Of a DNA stretch of 64,000 nucleotides, positions 19,409 to 29,071 are shown one piece after another. How positions within the stretch are numbered: position 1 is the first letter of the stretch; every line of letters starts with the position of its first letter. The notes below the pieces were generated by a model. It had not been told where the DNA came from and made no database searches. It saw nothing but the letters and a program-made list of their open reading frames with translations. The stretch is from Bdellovibrionota bacterium (GTDB taxonomy: Bacteria > Bdellovibrionota_C > UBA2361 > OMII01). Location: assembly GCA_044345405.1 (NCBI GenBank), contig JBIJBE010000007.1:37813-101812 (forward strand), in the 5' to 3' direction. The position numbers were made by a program, and so were the translations under genes.

Positions 19409-22400
19409 ATGGCTAAGCTGCTGAAACATATAGGATTGAGCATCTTAACGCTCATCCTCTGGGGGGCTTGGAGCGCTACCGCCTCGGCTGAGGGCCAGGT
19501 CGTGGCACATGTGTACGTTGCCCAAGGCTCGGTAGAGGTCCGTAATCCCGGGGAGGGTGATTGGCACCCCGTAGCCGTCGGCGCCCCCCTCAGCCAAGGG
19601 GATTCCGTTCGTACGGGGGGTGACGGTCAGGCGGCCTTTAAGTTCGTCGATGGTGTCCTCGTACGATTGGGGAGGCTCTCCGCGCTCACCTTTAACTCAG
19701 TCGGAGACTCCCAACGTCCAGAGATAACACAACACAACGGGCGCGCGTTCTTCTTCTCACGTGGCTCACGCTCAGAGCCATCAATTAAAACGCCCCTTGT
19801 GACCGCCGCCATCTACGGCACCGAGCTCGTCGTAGACGTAACGAACGACGAAACCACACTCGATGTACTCCACGGCTCTATCAAAGCTTTCAACAAGGGA
19901 GCTGAGGAGAGCGCCAATGCCGGTGAAAGTATTACCGCGAAGCGGGGTGGCTCTCTCTCAAAAACTATCCTCGTGAAGCCGGTCAACGCGGTGCAGTGGA
20001 TGATTCGTTTTCCGTTCATCGTGTCGAGTGAGGACATCGTTCCAGCCGCAGATCCCACCTGCTCGACTCGCTGCGTAGAGCAGCTCACAAAAGTTATCAC
20101 GGCGGCTCAGCGCGGTAGCACCCTCTATGCTCAGCTCCAAACCCTCCCTCACGACCTGCGTTCACTCTCCCGCGTAAAACTTCTCACCGCCATCTCTCTG
20201 TGGCAGGTCGGGGACGCGTCGGGGGCCCGCTCGATTCTCGAGAACCTCCCCTCGCCCCGCAGCGCTCGTGATAACGCCTTGCGAGAGATCCTTCTTGGAT
20301 TTTCCGCCCTACAGTCCAATGATCTGGGAAGCGCCCAAAAGCACCTAGAAAAAGCTGAGTCGCTCCAAGCGGGTTTGGAGAACTCAGCTCTGTTAGCTTC
20401 GTACATAGCGCAGGGATCAGGAGATCTTGATAGCGCGATAGAGATAACGGCAGCGGCTCGCGCGAACTTCCCGATGGAGCCGACCTTTATCGATAGAAGC
20501 TCTGAACTTCTCCTTTCCGCTGACCGATATGAGGAGGCGACCGCGCTTATCGATCAACGCGCCGCCACGTTTGGGCAGAGCTCGATGTCAACGACCCTCG
20601 CCGGCTTCGCGGCACTCGCCAATAAACGGTACGAGGAGGCGGAGAACCTTTTCAACACCGCTATCCAGGAGGATCCCTCTCGTTCCCTCCCCTACCTGGG
20701 AACCTCTTTGATCAGCGCGCACAACCGTGACTACGACACCGCGAAGGATAAACTCTCGCAAGCGGTTCAACTCGATCCATCGGTCGCCGTCTACCGCTCG
20801 TATCTCGGAAAGCTCTACTTCGAAGATGAGCAATCACCGAAAGCCCTTCAGGAGTTCGACGCCGCGGTAGCGATGGATCCGAACGATCCAACCCCGTACC
20901 TCTATCGCTCGTACGCGAAGGTTGCTGAGAACGATCCGATCGGCGGATTGCGAGATGTCGAGTCATCTATCTCCCGCAATGAGGGTCGCGCTGTATATCG
21001 GTCTAGCCTCTTGCTCGATCGAGACCTCGGCGTGCGAAGCGCGGGGCTCGCCCGAACCTTTAACGAATTGGGATTCTCTGAGGCCGCGCGAGTTGAGGCT
21101 ATCAAATCGGTCACGGACGACTACACGAACTTCTCTGCTCATAGATTACTCGGGGATTCGTACCAATCCATCATGGATACCGAAGCGAACCTTTCAGAGA
21201 AGCGAATCGCGGACCTCCTCGCCCCGTTGAGCTTCAACCTCTTCAATAGCGTCGGAGAGTTTCCCTCACTCAGCGACTACAACGCCCTCTTCGACAAGAA
21301 GGAGACGAGAAAATCTATCGACGCGGCATGGAACTCCAATCAAGACCAGGCATCCGGCTCGCTCCTGGCGGTTGGCCGAGGGGATGAATATGGCTACCTC
21401 TTAAACTACCGCCCATACTACGCCAACGGCTCTCACAACGGAGCCTACTTTGGGGATAACTTCTTCAGGGCGGCGCTTCAGTACGAGCCGAGGCCCGACG
21501 ATCGCTTTATTCTCGACACGACCTTCAAGCTGCGCGAACTAAACGGATCCGAAACCGGGGACTACTCGGAGGACGCCCACCTCGGAAGCGCCCGCCTTGG
21601 ATACAACCACCGCTTCTCAACAAACCTCAAATTCCTGATGCAAGGTGAGTTTGCCCGCGACAGCGAGCAAACTAGCGAAGACATCGGACGCGTCGTTGGT
21701 GTAGACATCCCCGGAGTTCCAACTCCTTTTGATGTTGAGGCCTACTTAAACGAAAACGCTAAGCAGCGAGTCGAACGAAGTAGCCTCTCCAATCAGGTAA
21801 TCTACTCCTCGCACTACCTTGACTCCGTATCGGGTCTCGACGGCATCTATGTTGATTCAAGCCGACGAGAGGACTCACCGGTCTATGAGATGGAGGACAT
21901 CCCGCCCCCAGCGAGCCTGGTAAGTAGCAGCGCCGGAAATCTCTCCAGTGGAGAGGTGTATGAGTACCTCTCGCTCAAGGCGCCTCGCTTCGCCACATTG
22001 ACCCTTGGCGTGAGCGCCACGCACCTCGAGCGGGATCTGACCGAGGTTCCACCGTTCCTCGATGGAACCGATACCCTGAACAAGGTCGATCCCAAGATAG
22101 GTTTAGTGCTCACACCAACCTCATGGCTTACGGGCCGCGTCGCCTACTTTGAGACCACCAACAAAACCGTGCTGGAAGACCTGAGCAGTCTTGAACCTAC
22201 CCTTGTGGGTGGTATCAACCAGCGCTTTAACGATCTGAGCGGCGCACAGAGTCGAAACCTCGGCTTCGGTCTCGACGTGAAGGATCCGAACTTCATCTAC
22301 GCGGGAGCCCAGTACACACAACGGCATATCATCGACTCCTATGGGGCGGTGATGGACATGGTTTCCTACGACGGCGTGTCAACGACGCAAATCGCGTCGC

Positions 22401-22855
22401 AAAGCTACGGGTTCCAAGATAGCCACTCTGAAGCTGACATCCTACGTGGGTATGTGTACACCGTTCTTACCGACAGCTCGGTGCTTACCGCTGACTCCCT
22501 CTACGAGCAGTTTACTGAGACCGACGACGAGCTCCTCAACAACGAGAACATCGACGCCGCCATCTCTACGCAGCGGTATCGGTTCGGCTATCGATACTTT
22601 ATCGGCAAGCACTTCTCGGTCTCAACGCAAGCGACCTACCGCGACCAGCAACTCCTTCAGACCGACGACCCGAACGGATTCTGGCTCTTTGATCTTGGAA
22701 CGAGCTACCGGTTCTCTGAACAGCACGGACGGATCTTCGCCCGTATCGACAACCTCCTCGATCGCGACTTTACCTATGACCAAAGTAGGGGCATCGAGCC
22801 AGAGGTATATCAGGGGCGATCGTTTATCCTTGGGGTTACGTATAACTTCTTCTAA
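19409..22855 (+). CDS. Outer-membrane receptor-like protein: signal peptide, FecR-like domain, TPRs, beta-barrel (NsrA-like)
   Basis: Signal ..ATASAEG; FecR-like GDSVRTG..IKTP..AAIYGTE..VLHG; TPRs (LDPSVAVYRSYLGK, MDPNDPTPYLY); RAVYRSSLLLDRD; amphipathic strands, NLLDRDF and terminal Phe (GVTYNFF). Confidence 0.88.
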   Translation: MAKLLKHIGLSILTLILWGAWSATASAEGQVVAHVYVAQGSVEVRNPGEGDWHPVAVGAPLSQGDSVRTGGDGQAAFKFVDGVLVRLGRLSALTFNSVGDSQRPEITQHNGRAFFFSRGSRSEPSIKTPLVTAAIYGTELVVDVTNDETTLDVLHGSIKAFNKGAEESANAGESITAKRGGSLSKTILVKPVNAVQWMIRFPFIVSSEDIVPAADPTCSTRCVEQLTKVITAAQRGSTLYAQLQTLPHDLRSLSRVKLLTAISLWQVGDASGARSILENLPSPRSARDNALREILLGFSALQSNDLGSAQKHLEKAESLQAGLENSALLASYIAQGSGDLDSAIEITAAARANFPMEPTFIDRSSELLLSADRYEEATALIDQRAATFGQSSMSTTLAGFAALANKRYEEAENLFNTAIQEDPSRSLPYLGTSLISAHNRDYDTAKDKLSQAVQLDPSVAVYRSYLGKLYFEDEQSPKALQEFDAAVAMDPNDPTPYLYRSYAKVAENDPIGGLRDVESSISRNEGRAVYRSSLLLDRDLGVRSAGLARTFNELGFSEAARVEAIKSVTDDYTNFSAHRLLGDSYQSIMDTEANLSEKRIADLLAPLSFNLFNSVGEFPSLSDYNALFDKKETRKSIDAAWNSNQDQASGSLLAVGRGDEYGYLLNYRPYYANGSHNGAYFGDNFFRAALQYEPRPDDRFILDTTFKLRELNGSETGDYSEDAHLGSARLGYNHRFSTNLKFLMQGEFARDSEQTSEDIGRVVGVDIPGVPTPFDVEAYLNENAKQRVERSSLSNQVIYSSHYLDSVSGLDGIYVDSSRREDSPVYEMEDIPPPASLVSSSAGNLSSGEVYEYLSLKAPRFATLTLGVSATHLERDLTEVPPFLDGTDTLNKVDPKIGLVLTPTSWLTGRVAYFETTNKTVLEDLSSLEPTLVGGINQRFNDLSGAQSRNLGFGLDVKDPNFIYAGAQYTQRHIIDSYGAVMDMVSYDGVSTTQIASQSYGFQDSHSEADILRGYVYTVLTDSSVLTADSLYEQFTETDDELLNNENIDAAISTQRYRFGYRYFIGKHFSVSTQATYRDQQLLQTDDPNGFWLFDLGTSYRFSEQHGRIFARIDNLLDRDFTYDQSRGIEPEVYQGRSFILGVTYNFF

Positions 22856-22900
22856 GCCCTAAGTTCTGCTCCTCTGGCAATTCCTAGCACCCCTTCGACT

Positions 22901-23003
22901 ACGGCTAACCGTAGACCGTAAAACGTAGACCGTTACCCGTCGACGGGTACCGTACCACGTGGCACGTCTACGTACACGTCAACGTTGCGCGTCCACCGTC
23001 CGC
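22901..23003. repeat. Degenerate 6-7-nt tandem array built on a CGT core
   Basis: accgtag accgtaa aacgtag accgtta cccgtcg ... cacgtc tacgta cacgtc aacgttg; same style as 12954-13070. Confidence 0.75.
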
Positions 23004-23018
23004 CTAAGAGTGAACTAA

Positions 23019-23163
23019 CTCCTCTTTCCCCTCTCTCTGATCTCTTTGTGTAGAACAAACAGTTGCAGCGCACCCCTTGGGAAAATACTACAAAGAGAGC
23101 TGTAAGGACGGAGAGAGAGGTAAAGAAGGATTTTTCTTCGGATCTCTTCGGCATCCTCGGCCC
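23019..23163. repeat. Pyrimidine/purine 9-nt-periodic tracts in inverted arrangement
   Basis: CTCTTTCCCCTCTCTCTGATCTCTTTGTGTAG is roughly complementary to CTACAAAGAGAG...GGAGAGAGAGGTAAAGAAGG; then CTTCGGATCTCTTCGGCATCCTCGG. Confidence 0.55.
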
Positions 23164-23171
23164 CAAAACCC

Positions 23172-24017
23172 TCAGACCAGATCCGCAATCGCCTCCCGAT
23201 CAAGCTCAAGTGTCCCAACGCGAGTCACCGGACCCTCCATTCGGATAGCGAAATCTGGCGATATCTCTATACGAATCCTGCCACCCGGCATCTGGACCGT
23301 GACATCGCTATCCACGAGCCCAAGTCGATGAGCTACCGCGGCGGCCGCGGAGCTACTACTTCCGGAGGCGAGGGTGTATCCAGCTCCCCGCTCCCATATC
23401 TCGATCGAGATGGTCGAACGGTCGATAACCTTTAAGAACTGAACGTTTGTGCGATTAGGAAACAGTGGGTCAGTCTCAAGGAGTGGACCGAACCCACGAG
23501 CGTTCTCCTCAGTTGAAGGGAGGTTCGTCACCACACAGTGCGGATTTCCGACGGTCGCGGCGCAGAACCGCACCGTCGTACCGTTGATTGTGAGCTCCTC
23601 GTTGAGCACCTCACGGGGCTCTCCCCGCACGGGGATCACCGTACTATCAAAACTGACCTTCCCCATATCAACGGTGACGAGTCGTCCCTGTTGAGAAACA
23701 ACACACGTTACTCGACCACCCGCGGTATCAACGTGGAATGGAGCGTCCGTCACCAGTTTGGAATCCCACAGGTATCGAGCGAAGATTCGCAGACCGTTTC
23801 CACTTTTCTCCGCTTCGGAACCATCGGGATTGATGATTCGGAGCCGAAAGGTGGCGTTCGGCTCACGATCCTCGTGCACCAGAATACCATCCGACCCGAT
23901 ACCGAAGTTTCGGTGGCAGATCCGCTGGGAGAGTTGCGGGGTGAGTGGCGCCTCGCAGTCCGAGGCACGAACGACGAGGTAATCATTTCCGAGAGCGTGG
24001 TAGCGGTGGAATTTCAT
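23172..24017 (-). CDS. dapF: Diaminopimelate epimerase
   Basis: YHALGNDY, RNFGIGSDG, NPDGSEAEKSGNGLR, VGNPHC, FPNRTNVQF, WERGAGYTLASGSS (Ser-type active site). Confidence 0.94.
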   Translation of the reverse strand: MKFHRYHALGNDYLVVRASDCEAPLTPQLSQRICHRNFGIGSDGILVHEDREPNATFRLRIINPDGSEAEKSGNGLRIFARYLWDSKLVTDAPFHVDTAGGRVTCVVSQQGRLVTVDMGKVSFDSTVIPVRGEPREVLNEELTINGTTVRFCAATVGNPHCVVTNLPSTEENARGFGPLLETDPLFPNRTNVQFLKVIDRSTISIEIWERGAGYTLASGSSSSAAAAVAHRLGLVDSDVTVQMPGGRIRIEISPDFAIRMEGPVTRVGTLELDREAIADLV

Positions 24018-24071
24018 GGTTTGTAGGGTAGCATCGGGGAATCAAGTATTCCAGCGCCGATTGCGAGCGAA

Positions 24072-24136
24072 CCCGGGGAGCCCGTCGCCACCCTTTCGCT
24101 AAAGCTTCAGGGCACAAGGGAGACGGGCCCTCCGGT
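24072..24136. repeat. REP-like palindrome with the ~30-bp module (reverse orientation, 24090-24119) in its loop
   Basis: GGGGAGCCCGTC [ACCCTTTCGCTAAAGCTTCAGGGCACAAGG] GACGGGCCCTCC. Confidence 0.7.
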
Positions 24137-24155
24137 TTACCGCATACCGCTAGCA

Positions 24156-25361
24156 ATGCTCCTTTTCACCCTGTACTATCCCCCCATGACCTCCGCCTAC
24201 GAAAACGCCTCGTGCCCCTACTTCTCCGCTGGAACGTGCGGCTCATGTACCTTTCTCGGCATCGAACCAGGGCAACGAATACCAACGAAGGAAAGTATAG
24301 TTCTCAAAGCTCTCTCCGATCGCGGAGTCACACCCCGAAACATCGAACCGATCCACGTTCCGAAATCCCCATGGGGTTCTCGATGCAAAACCAAGGTCAG
24401 CGTGACCGGCACCGTAGATACCCCATCACTTGGCATCGTTCGTTCAGATCTCTCAAGCCAGGACCTCTCCGCGTGCCCCCTCACGCCGCACCATGTGCAG
24501 GAGCTCTTCATCACAATCAAAGAGCTCATCAAAGAAGCGAACCTGATTCCTTACAACATTCAGGAGCGAACAGGAGAGCTGAAGAACATCATCGTGATGA
24601 ACAACCACGACGCATCGCAAGGTATCATCCGGTTTGTGCTTCGAAGCACTGAGGCGATCCCTCGTATTAGAAAGAGCATCGTGAACCTTCAACGGAAACA
24701 CCCGTGGGTGACCGTCGTGAGCTGCAATATCCAACCGATCCCAGCGGCTATCCTGGAGGGGCCCGACGAGGAGATCCTTACCCAAGCACGCTCCATCGAT
24801 GTTCAATACAACGACCTCAACCTTACCTTCATGCCCCAGTCATTCATGCAGGTAACCCACGAGATAGCTGAGGCGCTCTACCATCGAGCCGTGACCTATG
24901 TGAGAGAGAACTCATTCTCTCACGCGCTTGATCTCTTCTGTGGAGTTGGAGGATTCTCCCTCTCCATCGCGTCATCCGTACCCCAGATAACCGGGGTTGA
25001 AGTATCACCGATGGCCGTTGAGAGCGCGCGTCACTCAGCGGCGAGGCTCAGCGCTTCTCACGCGTCTTTCTTTGCGGACGATGTCGAGGCGTTCCTCTCG
25101 TCTTCACTCACCCATGAGCCGGATCTTGTGATAGTTAATCCACCACGACGGGGATTGTCAGAGTGGATTCGCACGCGCATCCTTGAGCTCAAACCGAGGG
25201 CGATAGTGTACTCAAGTTGCGACCCACAGACCTTCGCGCGAGATGTACGCGAGTGGATGGAGAACTACGAACTCGTGAGCATCTCGCCATTCGATATGTT
25301 TCCTATGAGCGAACATTGTGAGGTGCTTGGGATCCTTGAGAGGAAGGCGAACGAATCGTAA
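24156..25361 (+). CDS. rlmC: 23S rRNA (uracil-C5)-methyltransferase, RlmC/RumB-like (start may be 24186)
   Basis: CPYFSAGTCGSC Fe-S motif, PQSFMQV, DLFCGVGGF, VNPPRRGL, catalytic YSSC, FDMFP..EHCE. Confidence 0.85.
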   Translation: MLLFTLYYPPMTSAYENASCPYFSAGTCGSCTFLGIEPGQRIPTKESIVLKALSDRGVTPRNIEPIHVPKSPWGSRCKTKVSVTGTVDTPSLGIVRSDLSSQDLSACPLTPHHVQELFITIKELIKEANLIPYNIQERTGELKNIIVMNNHDASQGIIRFVLRSTEAIPRIRKSIVNLQRKHPWVTVVSCNIQPIPAAILEGPDEEILTQARSIDVQYNDLNLTFMPQSFMQVTHEIAEALYHRAVTYVRENSFSHALDLFCGVGGFSLSIASSVPQITGVEVSPMAVESARHSAARLSASHASFFADDVEAFLSSSLTHEPDLVIVNPPRRGLSEWIRTRILELKPRAIVYSSCDPQTFARDVREWMENYELVSISPFDMFPMSEHCEVLGILERKANES

Positions 25362-25651
25362 TATGCTCGCGAGACCTTCCGCGCTCACTCCTCGAGTCCT
25401 AGCTGGAGTGCTGTGATGTACCGGTAAGTTACCTGCATAATCAGTCCCTGGAACACAAGTCGAATGCTCTGACGCAGCTACCCAAGAGACTATAGACCTA
25501 TCCACACGCACGACGCTCGCCACTATCTATCCGTAATGCGGTAATATTTTACTTTTCCATCCCCGCATCTCATGTAATCGAGCCTCCTTATGTTTAGGCA
25601 TTGAATACTCATGACGACGGTACCCCTGCCTAATCATTTCAAAGGAGCCTC

Positions 25652-26107
25652 ATGTTTCATTCATTAGCTCGAAAAAGCGTGTACCTTTTCGCACTTTGCG
25701 GTGCTCTTGCGGCTACAACCACCGTGCAAGACGCCGCCGCTCTGAACGCAAAAGCTTTCGCGGGAACTTACAACGCGATAGTGCCCCAGCTTGGCGGCGT
25801 TTTCTATCGCGGAGGAGCCGATGGATACACAGCGGTTGTAACCGTAACAAAAGCTGGAAAGCTCTCTGGAACATGGGCAACTTCCTCCGATGGATTAACC
25901 GACACCGGCTCCGTAAAATTGACAGGGTCTATTTCCAAAGTGACGAAAGCGAAAGGCAGCTCCAAGGCTTCCTTCTCCTTTAAGCTTTCTGATGGGGCGA
26001 AAGCTACCGGCACTCTTCAGGTATTCACCGGTGGATCGGGAGCAATTGTAGGTAAGCTGAGCAAGGGTGGCGCAAAGGTATCCATAGCCGGCTCTAAAAT
26101 GCCGTAA
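25652..26107 (+). CDS. Secreted small beta-rich Gly/Lys/Thr-rich hypothetical protein
   Basis: AAGGAG RBS, signal peptide ending DAAA, alternating beta-strand pattern. Confidence 0.75.
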   Translation: MFHSLARKSVYLFALCGALAATTTVQDAAALNAKAFAGTYNAIVPQLGGVFYRGGADGYTAVVTVTKAGKLSGTWATSSDGLTDTGSVKLTGSISKVTKAKGSSKASFSFKLSDGAKATGTLQVFTGGSGAIVGKLSKGGAKVSIAGSKMP

Positions 26108-26445
26108 GGCCTTAACTCTCCCTCTGAGAGATAGCGCGATGGTGAGAACAAGGGCGGGTGAGCTTTGAAAGAATGCACAGCACGCTCTGTTCCACCGTTG
26201 CGTCCATAACCAATCACCGTAACGCCGCGAATCTGCTATCTTCTGAACTTCATGTAAAATCATCCAAATCACAGCCCGGTCTCTGAGATAAGAGGGCCTA
26301 AGGCGGCCAAGATTGATGGCCATCTGGCCCGTATACAGCCCCCTCTCTCGATAATTCGATCGGTATTTGAGATTTCAGTGGTATCGTCCACGCATGGAGT
26401 ACGGTTATTGCACGAGGTTCTTCTAGTCCATGAAAGGAAAAACGT

Positions 26446-26688
26446 ATGGACAAAAAGCGCGCCAAGGAGCAAATGGCGAGCGCGGCCAAGTTCGCGGTAA
26501 GTCGGGTTGAGGGACACCTCATGGCTCAATTCTCAAATCGAGAATCACGGCGGTGCCATCACCATAGTTACGCGGATCTGGCCCGTTCGGTGGGTCTGGG
26601 AAGCGATCCGAAAACCATAGAGGAACTCAAAAAGTGGGTTCTTGCGAAGGGTCTTCCGGAGCCAACGAGGCCAAAGCCCAAGAAGTAG
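26446..26688 (+). CDS. Small basic hypothetical protein with possible HTH-like segment
   Basis: AAAGGA RBS, strong downstream terminator, SYADLARSVGL segment. Confidence 0.65.
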   Translation: MDKKRAKEQMASAAKFAVSRVEGHLMAQFSNRESRRCHHHSYADLARSVGLGSDPKTIEELKKWVLAKGLPEPTRPKPKK

Positions 26689-26712
26689 CGGAAGGTTTTC
26701 TCCAACCCTACC

Positions 26713-26747
26713 AGGGGCTGAACCACAACCGGTTCGGCCCCTTTTTT
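26713..26747 (+). terminator. Rho-independent terminator
   Basis: AGGGGCTGAACC-loop-GGTTCGGCCCCT followed by a T run. Confidence 0.85.
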
Positions 26748-26866
26748 ATGGAGGGCGTCCATGAAAGTGGCGGACACATTCGAAGGCAACCTAAGGTGCT
26801 TGCGAGAGACTTTACTGCCCCCGTATAGTCGAGCGGTCCCCTTACCCGATACCAACGGCCTGACCT

Positions 26867-27568
26867 ATGTTCGACACCGCGACCGTTCAACAGATTACAT
26901 CCCAGATAGAGCTGCTCTTGAAGGCTGTTCCCGTAAGCTTCACGGCGCTCATGCCGTGCGTGAATCCTATCGGCACCGCGATTATCCTCTCCTCCTTAAC
27001 AAACGGCGCCGATCCGAAAACCCGAAAACAACTCGCTCGCCGAATCGCGCTCAACGCGGCGGGTCTCCTCATCGGCTCTCTTCTCATTGGAAGCCATCTC
27101 CTTGAGTTCTTCGGCGTATCTATTCCGATCGTTCAAGCCGTTGGAGGATTCGTGTTGGCATCGATGGGATGGAAGATGCTGAACAAACAGGACTCGGCGG
27201 AGGATCACGATAAATCAAGCGCGGTTTTGAGCGAGTCATCATCGTTGTGGTCCCGTGTATTCTATCCCTTCACTTTTCCGATCACGGTCGGTCCTGGATG
27301 CGTAGCCGTTGCCATTACACTCAGCGCGCACAGTCAAAAGGGAGACGTAATCGGAACCACGCTCGCCCAAGCCGGTGATGTCATCGGCATCCTAGCGGTT
27401 TCCGCGCTTGTATATCTCTGCTTTCAATACTCTGCCTTTGTAACACGAAGTCTGGGACAGAGCGGTACCGCGGTTCTCATGCGGCTCATCTCTTTTCTCG
27501 TCACGTGCATCGGTATCCAGATTAGTTGGGAGGGATTGCAGATGTTGGCCCGGCAGGTGGCTCAATAA
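26867..27568 (+). CDS. MarC family membrane protein
   Basis: NPIG, LLEFFGVSIPIVQAVGG, PFTFPITVGPG, LGQSGTAVLMRLISFL; 6 TMs. Confidence 0.92.
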   Translation: MFDTATVQQITSQIELLLKAVPVSFTALMPCVNPIGTAIILSSLTNGADPKTRKQLARRIALNAAGLLIGSLLIGSHLLEFFGVSIPIVQAVGGFVLASMGWKMLNKQDSAEDHDKSSAVLSESSSLWSRVFYPFTFPITVGPGCVAVAITLSAHSQKGDVIGTTLAQAGDVIGILAVSALVYLCFQYSAFVTRSLGQSGTAVLMRLISFLVTCIGIQISWEGLQMLARQVAQ

Positions 27569-27685
27569 GAGCTTCGCTCTGTCCACTTTTCCTCATAATT
27601 GCGCACCCTTATCAAATAGGGCCCCCATATATAAAGGGTTCCCTCACTCACGCCGATCAGATCTCTGTAACTACAAGGGGATGCA

Positions 27686-28117
27686 ATGACGCGATGTAAC
27701 GCCAAGGACAGGAACTTAAAGGTGCTCGTCATCGAAGACACCGCATTCATTCGAAAGATAATAAGTAAGAGCCTCACGGATTTGGGAGTGTCTACCATCG
27801 TCGAGGTCTCAGACGCGGGCGACGCCGTTCGTCGGCTTCGCACAGAAAAATTCGATCTGGTTGTTTCAGATTCGAATCTTCCTACCATGACTGGCTTCGA
27901 AATCCTCAGATACATAAGGAACAACGATCGTATCAAAGACACCCCCTTGCTTCTGCTCACCGCGAACACTGACAAAGACGACGGAATATCGGCGCTCAGC
28001 TCGGCGATATCCGAATATCTGGTCAAGCCATTTTCCGCTGAGGAGCTAGAGAAGAAACTCCTTAGTTTGATGCCGAAGCGAGATACGTTCGGACCGCAAG
28101 ATGATTCAACCATGTAG
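27686..28117 (+). CDS. CheY-like single-domain response regulator
   Basis: VLVIED, FDLVVSD, LLLTA, YLVKPF. Confidence 0.88.
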   Translation: MTRCNAKDRNLKVLVIEDTAFIRKIISKSLTDLGVSTIVEVSDAGDAVRRLRTEKFDLVVSDSNLPTMTGFEILRYIRNNDRIKDTPLLLLTANTDKDDGISALSSAISEYLVKPFSAEELEKKLLSLMPKRDTFGPQDDSTM

Positions 28118-28132
28118 CTCCGGATAGGTCGC

Positions 28133-29071
28133 ATGCGCATAGTATCCCTTCATCCATTCACCACAGATATCCTTGATTACTGCGGCGTTGGATGGCACCT
28201 CGTGGGAGTGACTCATGTGTGCTCCATTCCAGAGAACTCCGCTAAGGCGAAAGTTCTGACCGCAGGCCCTAATCAGACATTCATCGCGAGCACGTCAGAG
28301 CTCGCGGATGTCGCAAAGGGACTCTCGCCACAAAAAGTTGATATCGAAAAGTTACTGGACTGTATCCCGGACGTTATTCTGGCTGACGTCGTTCATCCTG
28401 ATAGAGAGCGGTTTATTCCTTGGGCGGAGGAGATAGTAAGGAAACATCTCGGAAAATCTGTTTCCATCCGGCATCCTGCCCTCAACACCCTGGAAGAGGT
28501 GTACACGACGATGGAGGGAGTTGGACGACTCATTGGTAAACCTCGCCTCGCCGCAAAGCTCGTACGCGAGATTAAAACCCACATCAGTGATTGGGCGACC
28601 AGGTACGGGAGCCTCTGTAAGGGTAAAACAGTTGTAGTGCTATCGGAAACAAGACCATTGGTGGTCGAAGGTGGATGGGTCGACGACCTCATCCACCTCT
28701 TTGGGGGCGCAACCCTCACACGAAGCGTCAAAAATCGATCCGTTGAGGTCTCGTGGAAGGAGTTGCTAGCGGGGCGACCGGACGTGCTCTTTGTGGCTCC
28801 ACATAACGCCTATCTCGGTCAAAGTGTCAGGCGCCTTACCGCGCTTGAAACCTCAGAGGGATGGGATGACCTCCCCGCGGTGAAACGAGGAGCGGTCTTC
28901 TTCGCCCCGGGCACCGGCATCTACCGTCCAGGACCACGTTTCTTAAAAGGTATCGCCGCGCTCATCGCGGCGATGGCTGGAATCGATAAACCGATCATCC
29001 CTGACCAAGATGAGTATTACCGCATCCGTCACGTGGAGATGTATCGGCATAAGTTGATTGATCCCCATTGA
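28133..29071 (+). CDS. BtuF/cobalamin-binding-like type III substrate-binding protein without signal peptide
   Basis: MRIVSL..VGVTH.C N-terminus, PDVIL, WDDLPAVKRG, RPGPR. Confidence 0.75.
   Translation: MRIVSLHPFTTDILDYCGVGWHLVGVTHVCSIPENSAKAKVLTAGPNQTFIASTSELADVAKGLSPQKVDIEKLLDCIPDVILADVVHPDRERFIPWAEEIVRKHLGKSVSIRHPALNTLEEVYTTMEGVGRLIGKPRLAAKLVREIKTHISDWATRYGSLCKGKTVVVLSETRPLVVEGGWVDDLIHLFGGATLTRSVKNRSVEVSWKELLAGRPDVLFVAPHNAYLGQSVRRLTALETSEGWDDLPAVKRGAVFFAPGTGIYRPGPRFLKGIAALIAAMAGIDKPIIPDQDEYYRIRHVEMYRHKLIDPH

Noticed and set aside
23172-24017. DapF inactivated by Cys-to-Ser changes (EKSGNG, LASGSS)
   Set aside because: As I recall, Ser-type DapF-family sequences form a widespread natural subfamily, and all other motifs are intact.
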